Shown here: piece by piece, positions 51,001 to 60,310 of the stretch
Layout of the letters: each line of letters opens with the position of its first letter
How positions within the stretch are numbered: the stretch's first letter is position 1
Source: Lophium mytilinum
Taxonomy: Eukaryota
DNA: 64,000 bases
Reading direction: 5' to 3'
NCBI GenBank assembly: GCA_010093605.1
Contig: MU004199.1
Location: 682,001 to 746,000 of the forward strand
The notes under the pieces: generated by a model
Seen by the model: the letters and a program-made list of their open reading frames with translations, nothing else
Databases searched by the model: none
What the model was told of the DNA's origin: nothing
Position numbers and translations under genes: made by a program

Positions 51001-51566
51001 AAATCCAAGGCCGAAAGATCGAAGCTTCCGATATTGGTATCATTTCGCCATACAACGGACAGGTTGGGTGGGTCATCAGTGCGCTCGTTAAGCAAGACAA
51101 TCTCAGGGCGCACAATAATCAACCAAAGCAGAATCGAGACATCCAGGTCTCAAGCACTTACGGAGTGCAAGGCCGGGAATTCAACATTGTTCTCGTCAGC
51201 ATGGTCGCCAACGCTGGTACTGTGGGTACGCAAGAGGATAGGTTAGCGGTTAGATTCATTGCCAATAGGGGTCAACTTTGCGTGGAGATGTCTCGGGCTA
51301 GGTGCAACCTCGTCATCCTTGGCAATTTCCAGGCATGGTATCAGGGCATCTACACCAAGAACAACTTCATGAATATGGTCCCTAACAGGCATCTCAAGAG
51401 CCTTGTCGTCGATCTTCACATGAGAAAAGATGTCTTTACCAGTGATGAGTTCAGGAACTGCCTCGCCGTCGGCGAATTCGACAAGAGGGTAATTGGCCGT
51501 GCGCCTCGCGGTGGTGCGGCTCGTGGAGGTACTTACCAGGTAAATAAGAGACAGCGTGGTATTTAA
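48087..51566 (+). CDS. Intronless superfamily-1 Upf1/Sen1-like (DNA2/NAM7) helicase with a long unrecognised N-terminus
   Basis: LNKTQ, QGPPGTGKT, LLVDEAA, LLGDHVQ, SIFDRL, LNLQYRMHQDI, FYNGLL, IGIISPYNGQV, QGRE, MSRAR; 1159-aa open frame. Confidence 0.93.
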   Translation: MEGLESTYTECRDFDKEAFEGDMLEQVMAMDSQWYPAGDDARFFGLHGSDYPQDFKQFSNRTTLAVVVTDDNEIWGTLDRTASGNSNAFVTVCPELHSQCPGLLFQISDDPDQKYFNQTFKFQGSAIAVEEKGPAYTFGSPLFDDSKATGHDKDTWLKYIQEQVPATRPELLTLAKNGHLEMYQLKRSHAMPVSRDTARHMEDIQKRIEKEEALSEKDKCMLAFANSGTYTIFVKGRFKFNTAEQTKQNNERWMEFNMWFQAMMSYAAMHGNLWFYRHQALDFVDPLHEAFPIESMRVPRWMVTEWTFERRITVDGEGKKRHEGKWQNPEPKTWAQFKNIWLDMESSLFLHRLALVREQRFQSKEIAALLQSGPNCILTAKFCPSKWPKVGANCTYFVSVIGQNMQHFVDGLVPMPTAGMAIEVSLISEVDDSKSVRYKGRVVEDPSAAEGVLYTCAMEGPEDDSIDPTKERNIRLVVFDYTLANQRKLTALSECAKQRPTIAGNIGVNTLGVLFDANVPDPSAADLVAELNTKGARAVANAIADDAHLNKTQAMALRAMIESLNPIVLTQGPPGTGKTMLIRAIIKMFATLGYKVLVTSGQKEAVNNCANVAKRDSKRDREFVHFTGASSTLRGAQMLKMRHEANTASFDININQGLTDPSVEDDPETIIWELQHSADKSKRPQYREDAFGARLRGYMEEWSQKIDGRTPHAMQKEASDYFAYEASLQSLLQATNLTQEDRKEIKHTRQWMEKLERDLGRHFLANHVAAVFCTSSMSCHPRLYEAFKPDILLVDEAALTSLSDIATSMIAFEQTLKRVSLLGDHVQRKAVVGGRGCNEGFALLESSIFDRLIRPGSGYEVTMLNLQYRMHQDICAWLSKEFYNGLLQTHFQTVNNLEPELQVTLRAFWRARLGEKWIGKMRIAIDVTDVPMIKSMTYKQTTSQYNIWESDMVLEIIDAMLYFDPPVAKEGEIQGRKIEASDIGIISPYNGQVGWVISALVKQDNLRAHNNQPKQNRDIQVSSTYGVQGREFNIVLVSMVANAGTVGTQEDRLAVRFIANRGQLCVEMSRARCNLVILGNFQAWYQGIYTKNNFMNMVPNRHLKSLVVDLHMRKDVFTSDEFRNCLAVGEFDKRVIGRAPRGGAARGGTYQVNKRQRGI

Positions 51567-51744
51567 GTGGCAGTAGATGTTAGCAGTCCACGAATCCATA
51601 AGGTATACCCATAACTTTCATGCTTCTTTAGCACCGTTGGAGGTCCTTTAGTATGCTATTGCTACTCATGAAACACCAGCTTTGGTAAGCCTGATAGCTC
51701 TCTAGGCCACCTCAGACGGTGTTAAATTGCTTGAGTGTGTCGCT

Positions 51745-52567
51745 TGACACCACTGTAAGGAGTACCCCCGCTAGCAAATACCAGCGTCGTCAAAAGGTAG
51801 CTCAATATCTATAGTGTTTACCATAACATCGTATTCGCGGTTGGAAAAGCCTATGAGTTCGATGTTGTAGTCCCGCGACTTCACTCTTGCGCGCTTAGTA
51901 GCACTATTAGGGGTGGCCTGACTAGCCTGTGGCGTATCTGTTAAAAGGTAGCTTAATATCTATAGTGTTTACTTTAACATTGCATTCGCGGTTGGAAAAG
52001 CCTACGAGTTTGATATTGTAGTCCCGCGGCTTCACTCTTGCGCACTTGGTAGCACTGTTAGGGGTGGCCTGACTAGCATGTGGCGTATCCGTCAAAAGGT
52101 AGCTTGATGTCTATGGTGTTTACTTTGACATCGCATCGGCGGTTGGAAAAGCCTATGAGTTTGATTCTCTAGTCCCGCGGCTTCACTCTTGCGCGCTTGG
52201 TAGCACCGTTTGAGGTGGCTTGCGGCGGTGTAAATATGGAGGGCACGATGTTAAAGTTTTAAGCCTTTAACTTGGAAGGGCTAGGATTGTAGGGTTTTAA
52301 GGGGTGTTTAATGGCATTTGAGGTGGCCTATAGGGTTGTGAATATAGGCACGGCTTCACTCATGCGCGCTTGGTAGCACCGTTTGAGGTGGCTTGCGGGG
52401 GTGTAAATATGGAGGGTACGATGTCAAGATTCTAAAGCTTCAACTTGGAAGGAAAAGGATTATAGGGTTTTAAGGGGTGGTTGATGGCGTTTGAGGTGGC
52501 CTGTGGGGTTGTGAATATAGGCACGGCTTCACTCTTACGCGCTTAGTAGCACCGTTTGAGGTGGCCT
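51745..52567 (-). repeat. Composite tandem array: ~151-bp units followed by 173-bp units that share a ~40-bp core
   Basis: Core g(g/a)cttcactcttgcgcgcttggtagcac at 51877, 52028, 52179 (period 151), then 52352 and 52525 (period 173). The reverse complement resembles the MITE internal unit. Confidence 0.92.
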
Positions 52568-52884
52568 GCTCGGCTCTTAGTCTTGTTAAAAACTGTCCTT
52601 TTCCGATCTTATATAATGTACTGTAGGACTCCAGGCGGTGCTAGGCCAGTGTACGGAAAGCCTAGAGGGTATATGTTGCTCAAGTATCTCGCTGCGGCTC
52701 TCATCACTCAAAACTTCTTATTCGTTGTATCCTTATGGATATCGTAGAGCCAAATGCGACGAGCCAAGAGAGAGATGTCGTCAATAGAAAAAAAGAAGTC
52801 TACGCCCCCTCGGCTCTCGGTCTATCCCTTGCGTAACGTGACCGCCAAAAAGAAGAAGCTGAAGCAAACAGCAAAAGAGATTTG

Positions 52885-52997
52885 TGACATCAGTGAGATT
52901 CGAACTCACGCGGGTTGCCCCAGTAGTGTTCCACAGTGTGTTTTCACATTGTAAAGTGACTTGAAACTACCGCCTTAGACCACTCGGCCATAATGCC
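52885..52997 (-). tRNA. tRNA-Leu(CAA) with intron
   Basis: GGCATTATGGCCGAGTGGTCTAAGGCG GTAGT TT CAA G [intron] ACTAC TGGGGCAACCC GCGTGAGTTCGAATCTCAC TGATGTCA. A/B boxes, long variable arm and downstream T-runs are present. Confidence 0.95.
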
Positions 52998-54327
52998 AGT
53001 TGAATACTGATGCCAAAAAAATAGAGCGTACACATCCCTCGAAGGGATGGAATATTGAAAGGCCTCAAAATACAAGCCCAATTGTTATGCAAACTGCAGA
53101 AAGCGGGACAAGAAGAAACTTCATAGCAATCCAGTGCACCATTCAAGGAAGGCAAGATGATTGCTTGACCGCTATGGCCCTCAAATACCTCAGACGCCTT
53201 CCCAAAGACCTCGTCAAGGTGTCTCAAGCCTATTCGGTCAGTAATCACGAGCTATACGGCTAATCCTTTTCTCACTATCTCTTCATAGGCATAGTAACTT
53301 CCCTGGAGAGCTCAGAATGCTCAGTCGCTCTCGCTCTCAATGATGTAGCCAGCCAAACATCTGGCATCAAAGCAATTGGCATCATTCCTTCCATTCTACA
53401 ATCGTCCCATCATTCCAAATCGGACTTTGTGACCAGAGGGAGGGCGGTCTAATGTGCAGGACACATAGTCATCTGAAGCTCGCAGACCCGCGGAGGGTTT
53501 CGAAGAGGATGTATGAAGAGGACTTTTTGTGTGGACTGGGGGCCAAGGAAACTCGTGTTTAGACGCGGTTATCCCTTTGATATTCATTCTGCAGGTATTT
53601 TCTGTGGGGAGATCGTCAACACGGTGATGATGCATTGTTCGTTTTTTTGACCTGGCCAAGGGATTTGACAGGACTCAAGATACGCATTTCTCAGGCCTAG
53701 GATCTCTGAAAGGAGCTATGGTTTGCCGCATAAAAGACAATTCCGGTATTAGCACAAGAATCGTTGGCAAAACGAGCTAGGAAGAAGAGGAGTTGGAAAA
53801 ACGGCTGAAATCATCAGAGTTTCGCTAACTCTGGAAAATCCATTGTCGAGTTACCAGCATGGGCATTGCAGGAAGTCCTTGCAAATGCGATTGACGGATA
53901 GTCTTCGTTCGTGATAATGGCTGAGAGAGCAGGGGTATTTTTACGCCGATATATATAACATATGTTACGAAGCTGGTCAATGCGTTCGTGATCGTGAATT
54001 TCTGAATAGCATCAAGATCCAACTCAACACCACAAACTAGCTATCTCACTCTTTACAGCTGCGTTTCCGTCTGTAAATTTCCTGGGCTAGCTTAAGACTC
54101 TCTTTTCGACAACAACGACCCCTTCCAAAGCTAGCAAGCACTACTACATCACACCAATCAAACTAAAGAAGTAACTACGAAGACAACGAGCGAACCAATT
54201 GACACTCTGCGTTCTATTATAAACCCAGTAATACCTCCGACCGGCATACGTAAGCTCTCATGCGCGCTCCCCTTGGAGTATGTCAGTCTAACATCCTCTA
54301 GATACCACCATAATCGCAATCACCACC

Positions 54328-54891
54328 ATGTCCACTCTCCCCCTCCGACCCCTCTTCCGTCCCCGCCCTCTCCTCTACCCCCTCTCCAACGTCGCCTTTA
54401 CCACCACCCGCCCCCGCCGCTCCGCCTCCCCAGGCCCCATCCTCCCAACCCTCCGCCCAGCCCTACTCGCCGCAATGAAAGCAAAAGACACACAACGCCT
54501 CACGGTCCTCCGCTCCCTCCTCGCCTCAATCACCAACGCGTCGAAAACCAGCTCCCCAATCGCAAATGATGCGGCGCTGTACACGCTACTAAACAAACGG
54601 ATATCAGAATGCAATACTGCGGCGAAGGAGTTTGGAGAAGCTGGTAGGCAGGATCTGGTGGAGAAAGAGCAGGGGGAGGTTGTTGTGCTAAAGGAGATCG
54701 CGGAACGGTGTGGGGCGCTGTCTGAGGAGGAGGTTAGGGGGGTTGTTGAGGGGGTGGTGGAGGGCATGAAGGGGGAGAAGGGGGGTGTACAGGTGGGCAA
54801 GGCCACGGGGAAGGTGTTAGGGGAGCTGAAGGGGAAGCCGGTGGATCGGGAGATGGTTATGAGGGTTGTGAAAGAGGTTGCGGAGGCGTGA
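54328..54891 (+). CDS. AIM41: Mitochondrial YqeY/GatB-domain protein
   Basis: Arg-rich presequence, ALLAAMKAKDTQRLTVLRSLL, AAKEFGEAGRQDLVEKEQGEVVVL. 5'UTR intron at about 54250-54301. Confidence 0.88.
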   Translation: MSTLPLRPLFRPRPLLYPLSNVAFTTTRPRRSASPGPILPTLRPALLAAMKAKDTQRLTVLRSLLASITNASKTSSPIANDAALYTLLNKRISECNTAAKEFGEAGRQDLVEKEQGEVVVLKEIAERCGALSEEEVRGVVEGVVEGMKGEKGGVQVGKATGKVLGELKGKPVDREMVMRVVKEVAEA

Positions 54892-56300
54892 GAGGCGGAT
54901 CGAAGGAGGGTGTATATATTAGATATCCGGAGTGCTTGGGAAGGCTGAGCTGTGTATAGGACGTGTACCACTCCCTGTACTTTTTAAATGTATCATATAG
55001 TAGATCATCAGGTATTTCGAACGCAATCGGCTTTTATTCAGGTGATAATATATGCGATCAAATTGGGGGGCATTTGACATAGGGATCGAGCAGCCTAACT
55101 CGTCCCCTACTAAAGCCAATGACTCTCTAACACTCTACGAATAGACAATTTGCGCGACAATGATCACAATGAATGATAGAATGAAGATCATGGGAATGAG
55201 TCGTAATATGTAAAGGCTTGGCCGGTCAGGTATTGATGTAATAGTGTGATATATTCCTATCTGTGCCCATTCTAGAGTGAAACATGCCTATTGAGTGCGG
55301 CAGCTGCCATTTCTTGGGCCTAGTATGTGTCAGAGTTCTGTATTCTTTAAGGGAGTGTAAGATGAATAGTTGGTTGATTTTCGGTCAAGTGCATAGCGGT
55401 TCTTTCGCTCGCTTTTTGTTGATTTGAGCACTTGAATGCTAAAGGAACCACTTTGACTAGCGGTACTTCGCTTTCAAAATAAGGCTCGTTGCCCAGAGTA
55501 TGAATCTTAGCAGAGCTCCGGTGTCTATAATGATTCTTTTTGTTATGATCAAATTACTGCTGTGCGTCAATTATCCTAGAGTTTAGCTAGGAAGGGGTGT
55601 GATTGCGATTGGAACGAAGCTGCTGGTGTTGCATATTATCTAGCTTAATCTGCACAGGGACTTCGGCGACGCCACCTGCGTCATAGCTCGTGAACCCACA
55701 CCGAGCATGAAGGGCTTTATAACGAGGATATCCTGTCGACGCAAGCAATAACTCTCTCCCAAATCAAACACGCCCCAAGTACAAGGACTTTTGTTGAGCA
55801 GTGCGCTGAAAGGGCATCAAAAGAACACATTATTTCACTCTCCCAACCAGTCCGAAGCCCTTTGCCCAACGCAGCAGCCCAAAGTCGCAGATTGGGCGTG
55901 CTCTTGCTGTCAACTTGTCAACTTCGCCCCAAGGTACGGGCCGAATCCTCCTTTCGTTCTCCACTGTGTTAGCTGTGCCGTGGACCCCCACTTGGCATCA
56001 ATCTGCAGCATCCAAGAAACCCTGGCTGGATGCGGCGGCCGCCGATGACGCCGTCCATCCGCAACTCCAGAACTTGGATATTCTATCAACCTCCCCACAC
56101 TCCCTCGTCCTAGCTGGCCTTTGCACTGACAGCTTACTCACCCCCGCTCATCCCACATATATCCTCTCTTCTTACCACTCGCAACCTTTCCTCTTTGCAA
56201 CTCTCTTTTTCCGCGTCACTTCTGACATACCCCGCCTTCCAGCCTCACTCTGCGACAGACAACCCATCACCACAAATACCATCACTAAAGATCCGCGACA

Positions 56301-57885
56301 ATGTCACGCGCTGGTGGCTATCGTTCTTCCGCTGGAGACCTCGGATTCTTCGAGGATGATCCCCATAACGGTCCTCGTCGAGGCCCACAACGATGGGATA
56401 GGGAGACATTCGAGCGTGCAGCAGGCAGACGAGGCGGCCCCTCTGAGCGCGAATTCCGCGATCCCAGGGATTCTCGCGAATCTTTCCACTTCGAAGAACA
56501 CGACCGCGGACCAGTAGCGAACCGTGCTCTAGAGCCTGATCGCCGCAAGTCTATCATCGAGGAACGAGAGCGTCGGGCGCCTCCAACCCGCGTTGTCGAG
56601 AAAGAACGCTTCTTCGAAGAGTTTGAGCGCCCTTCTCGCCGCCGAACGGATTTTCTCGATGAGCCGTCTGCTGCTGAAATAGCGAACCGTGCTCTAGCGC
56701 CTTATCGCCGCAAGTCTATCATCGAGAGAGACTTTGAACCGCCTGCCAGACGTCCTGCACGACCCCAGTATATCCGACGTCAGTCGTCCCTCGATACTTT
56801 CGATCGCCGTCCGTATCCTCGATATGGCGATCAGGAACGTGAAGAATGGAGACCTCCGGTTAACGTTCCAATTCCTCTCCCTATCCGAGAACCGCGAGAG
56901 CCCCGTCGTCGATCTCCGCCTCGCAGCCGCAGCCGCTTCCACGAGGAAGACTACGAGGAAGTCAGGTATAAGGATGAGGAACCCGAAGAAGACTATCGCG
57001 AAGTTGAAGTCCGACGGGAGAAGAGCACAGCTCGCCGCAGCAAAAGCAAGAGCCACAAGGCCCAGTCGGTGCGAAGCTCATCCTCTAGCTTCGAGGAAGT
57101 GTCGCCCGTACGGGAGCCTCCCGGACGTAAGGGCAAGACCAGAATGCCCAAGAGATTGGCCAAAAAGCAGGTCATAGTCGATTTGGGATATCCTTTCGAG
57201 GAAGAGGTAAGCCGCAAATCGATTAACGAAGAACATTGCTCATTGGACCAGGACGACTTTATAATCATTCGCCGAGCCCTGGAAAAGGATCAGATTGATG
57301 AGATCATCAAAGTCAGCGAGACTTATGAAGAGAGCGGCGGTAACGGTGAGCAAAGAGAAGCAGTCCAGCTATCAATGTCTACTAATCGGCGAAACAGAAC
57401 GAACGACATATGTCTACGAAGACACCAAAACCAAGGCTATTGAGCCGCCTCCACCTCCGCCTTCACTCCCACCCCCGCCGCCTGAATCCATATATGCGCC
57501 TCCTCCTCCACCTAGCATTCATTACGCTCCGCCTCCTCCACCCAGCATTCATTACGCTCCGCCCCCACCACAAAGCATACATTACGCACAATCTGTTCGG
57601 AGCGCGTCTCCGCCGCGGCATGAACACTACGAAGAACGCATTGAGGAATCCAATCGCATTGGAGGCCCTCTGCAAGTTCTTGTACCTGGAGATCGCCGAG
57701 ACGAGCGTGACATCAAGGCTGAGATCCGCAGATTGGAGGATGAGCGTCGTCTGCTCAAATATGAGCGCGAGAGCGACCGTCTAGTGGACTACGAGGTCAT
57801 TGAAAGGAGGGAACCTGTTCGAGAGGTTGTGCGGATCGAGAAGGATCGAAAGGGTAGGTTGGCCCTGGTCCGATCTGCCAAATAG
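56301..57885 (+). CDS. Conserved Pezizomycotina R/E/P-rich protein of unknown function; introns about 57207-57251 and 57341-57398; alternative last exon to 57960
   Basis: RWDRETFER, RRQSSLDTFDRRP, KGKTRMPKRL...IVDLGYPFEEE/DDFIIIRRALEKDQIDEII, DIKAEIRRLE, EKDRKG. Confidence 0.85.
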
Positions 57886-58397
57886 TACGATGTTGATATC
57901 TGGACAGCGAGGAAACCAAATCCGAAACTAGTGGCCGCCATGATGGCTACCTTGTCTTGAGGACCACATACTGGAAGTTGGAATTGGGCATATGCCGTGG
58001 TGCGCTTAAATCAGGAGCTGGTGCTATCCCCGGTAGGAGCTCTGGGGTTTCTCAAACGTGGCCACTTTCTTTCTGAAGCTTGAGGTGTAACTTTCTTTTC
58101 AGTCAAGACTCTGACAATTCCCTTGGGACATTTATTTTCTTAGGATCGGTGGCGGGTTGAATATCTTGGCAAGATTGGAGTATGGACGGCATATGGTTGG
58201 AAAGTAACAGAAAGCCCAACCCACGTGTAACGAAGACAAGAATCACTGAGAGAATGAATTGTAATGACTGAGATACCTATGAACTTGAATGCATTAATGG
58301 GTGTTTTTGGCTCGCATGTGATATATCTTGGCATCCATGATCCTAAACTCCGCACCACCTCCGACGACACCCAAACACGCACGACTGACCACCCTCA

Positions 58398-59432
58398 ATG
58401 CCAATCTGTATAGAATGCCGCTACCCAGTTAAGACCCTCTACACAACCTACAGCAAAGCCGATGACCGCTCCCTAGGCAAGGGCGTGCGGCTAACGCAAT
58501 GCCCGCGCTGCAAGCGCTTCGCCGACAAATATGTAGAGCATGATTTCGTCGTGCTGTTCATTGATCTCGTCTTGATCAAGCCTCAGGTGCGCCAGCCCTC
58601 CACAATCACGCGTCAATTACTAAACATATCTATATCACAGGTCTACAGACACCTCCTCTTCAATCGCCTCGGACGCGACGACGACCGCTTTGACGTAATA
58701 CCACTCCCACTTCTCCTCCATAACCCTCTCTAACAAACCCCCCAGCGCTCCATAATCCGCCTCGGCATCCTCCTCCTCCTCTTCGACGTCTACCTCACCT
58801 GGGCGCGCATCGAAAAGCTCTCCCCTCCCCTCTCCTCCTCCACCGCGCTCAACACGACCTCCCCCTTCGCTCCCAACGCCACCGCGCCCACCAACGCAAC
58901 CCTCCTCAGCACCCAGCCCCTCGTCCTCCAATACCTCTTCTTCCTCTTCCTCGTCGCCCTGTCCACCGCCGCCTTCCACCTCCCCATCCGCCTGCTCTGC
59001 GCCCACCCGCCGCGCCTCCCCGCCCTCAACCTCCACATCCCCACCATCCCGCTGCCCGCCCGCGCTCGGGAGATCGTGACTGCGCTCACGCCCACCGCGC
59101 CACTGATCCCGTACTACCCGCGCCCGACGCCGCTGAGCACGGCGCTGCTGGTGTCGAGCTGCACGAAGCTGTTTCCGATTCTGCTGATTATCTGGGAGTA
59201 TGACCTGCCGAGCTCGGCGAGCGCGGTGAGTTGGGCGGTGATTGTGAATAATATCGCGGCGTTGGAGATACTGATGGATTGCGGGTATGTGAGGGCGGCG
59301 GTGTTGGTGGGAGTGGGAGCGGGGTGTAGAGGACTGGTGGCCGGGGGGGTATTGAAGGCGGTTGGGTTGGGCGGATGGGGATGGGGGGGGTGGGAGGCGG
59401 TGGGGGAGGGGTGGATGGGGTGGTTGAGGTAA
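58398..59432 (+). CDS. ARV1: Arv1 ER sterol/lipid homeostasis protein, 3 exons
   Basis: MPICIECRYPVKTLY...VRLTQCPRCKRFADKYVEHDFVVLFIDLVLIKPQVYRHLLFN; LSTALLVSSCTKLFPILLIIWEYD. Confidence 0.95.
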
Positions 59433-60310
59433 ATTTGGCTGTAGAGATGGGGTGGGTTGAAATATCATCGAGATCTTCTCAAAGCTCTGCAAGTTGTGAG
59501 TGTTTATGGGTGTTATAGTGATATTGGTGTCTTTTCTACCACCTCCTGTCATCCTCCCGGTTTCGCTATTCATATTCGGACGCACTAAAGCATTCCCGGT
59601 CGCAAAATCCAACATATCGAACGGCGTCGTTACCCCTTTTAAAGACGCAGCGTATACACGGCATAGCCTCCGCGTCATCGAAATGGTATTGAGTAACGAC
59701 CTCACCACAGCAGAACACAACAGACACTTCGTAGAGCACTCCTCCCACACTCCCGCTCTTCTTGTACGTAAACGCCACATATCAAACCGTACAAGAGCTT
59801 TCTTGAAATCCTTAAGACCCCCCCAAGCTGCCCTTTGCCTCGTCAACAGTAGCACCTAAAAGCCCATTCCACCTCAAAACTCGTAAAGAACATCGAAGCG
59901 AAAATGGTAGAGAAGATTGGAACCACTTCGTCTACCCATTCGCCTCTCTTGTCATAAGAAGTCACAGAATCAACCGTAGAACAGGGGCCTTGGTTCAAAG
60001 GGAGGAAAGGCCTAGCGTCTATGTAGTTGGACATTGGGAGGTTGGAGATATTGAGTGCTGGACTGAAGGGGAAAACGATAGAAAACTTCCTTTACGATTT
60101 GGCTGGGTTCCCGGCCTAGAGTTCTTATTGAGACGTGGAGGGAGGGGGGCGGGGGCAAAGGTCTCTTAGACCAGGGCCGAAGGTGCTTTATGCGAAGAAT
60201 GATATATGGAGTATGGCGAAGCACTTACGCTACGATTTGGGCCCTTTATGTAGTAAGTCTTACAGATCTGACCGTGTGATGATTTTGTTGGGAGACGTGG
60301 CGTGGGATCT
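59430..60310 (-). pseudogene. Possible frameshifted gene remnant
   Basis: Three overlapping protein-like minus-strand ORF pieces in different frames (60224-60012, 60034-59843, 59855-~59430), convergent on ARV1. No domain recognised. Confidence 0.25.

Noticed and set aside
48087..51566. Helitron Rep/Hel or telomere-linked RecQ helicase
   Set aside because: Motifs are Upf1-like SF1. There is no HUH Rep domain, no RecQ motifs and no TTAGGG arrays.
51877..52567. CRISPR-like array (constant core with spacers)
   Set aside because: Eukaryotic context, spacers are themselves repeated and over 100 bp long, and there are no cas genes.
53000..54050. Possible decayed minus-strand gene
   Set aside because: Many stops and no identifiable motif.
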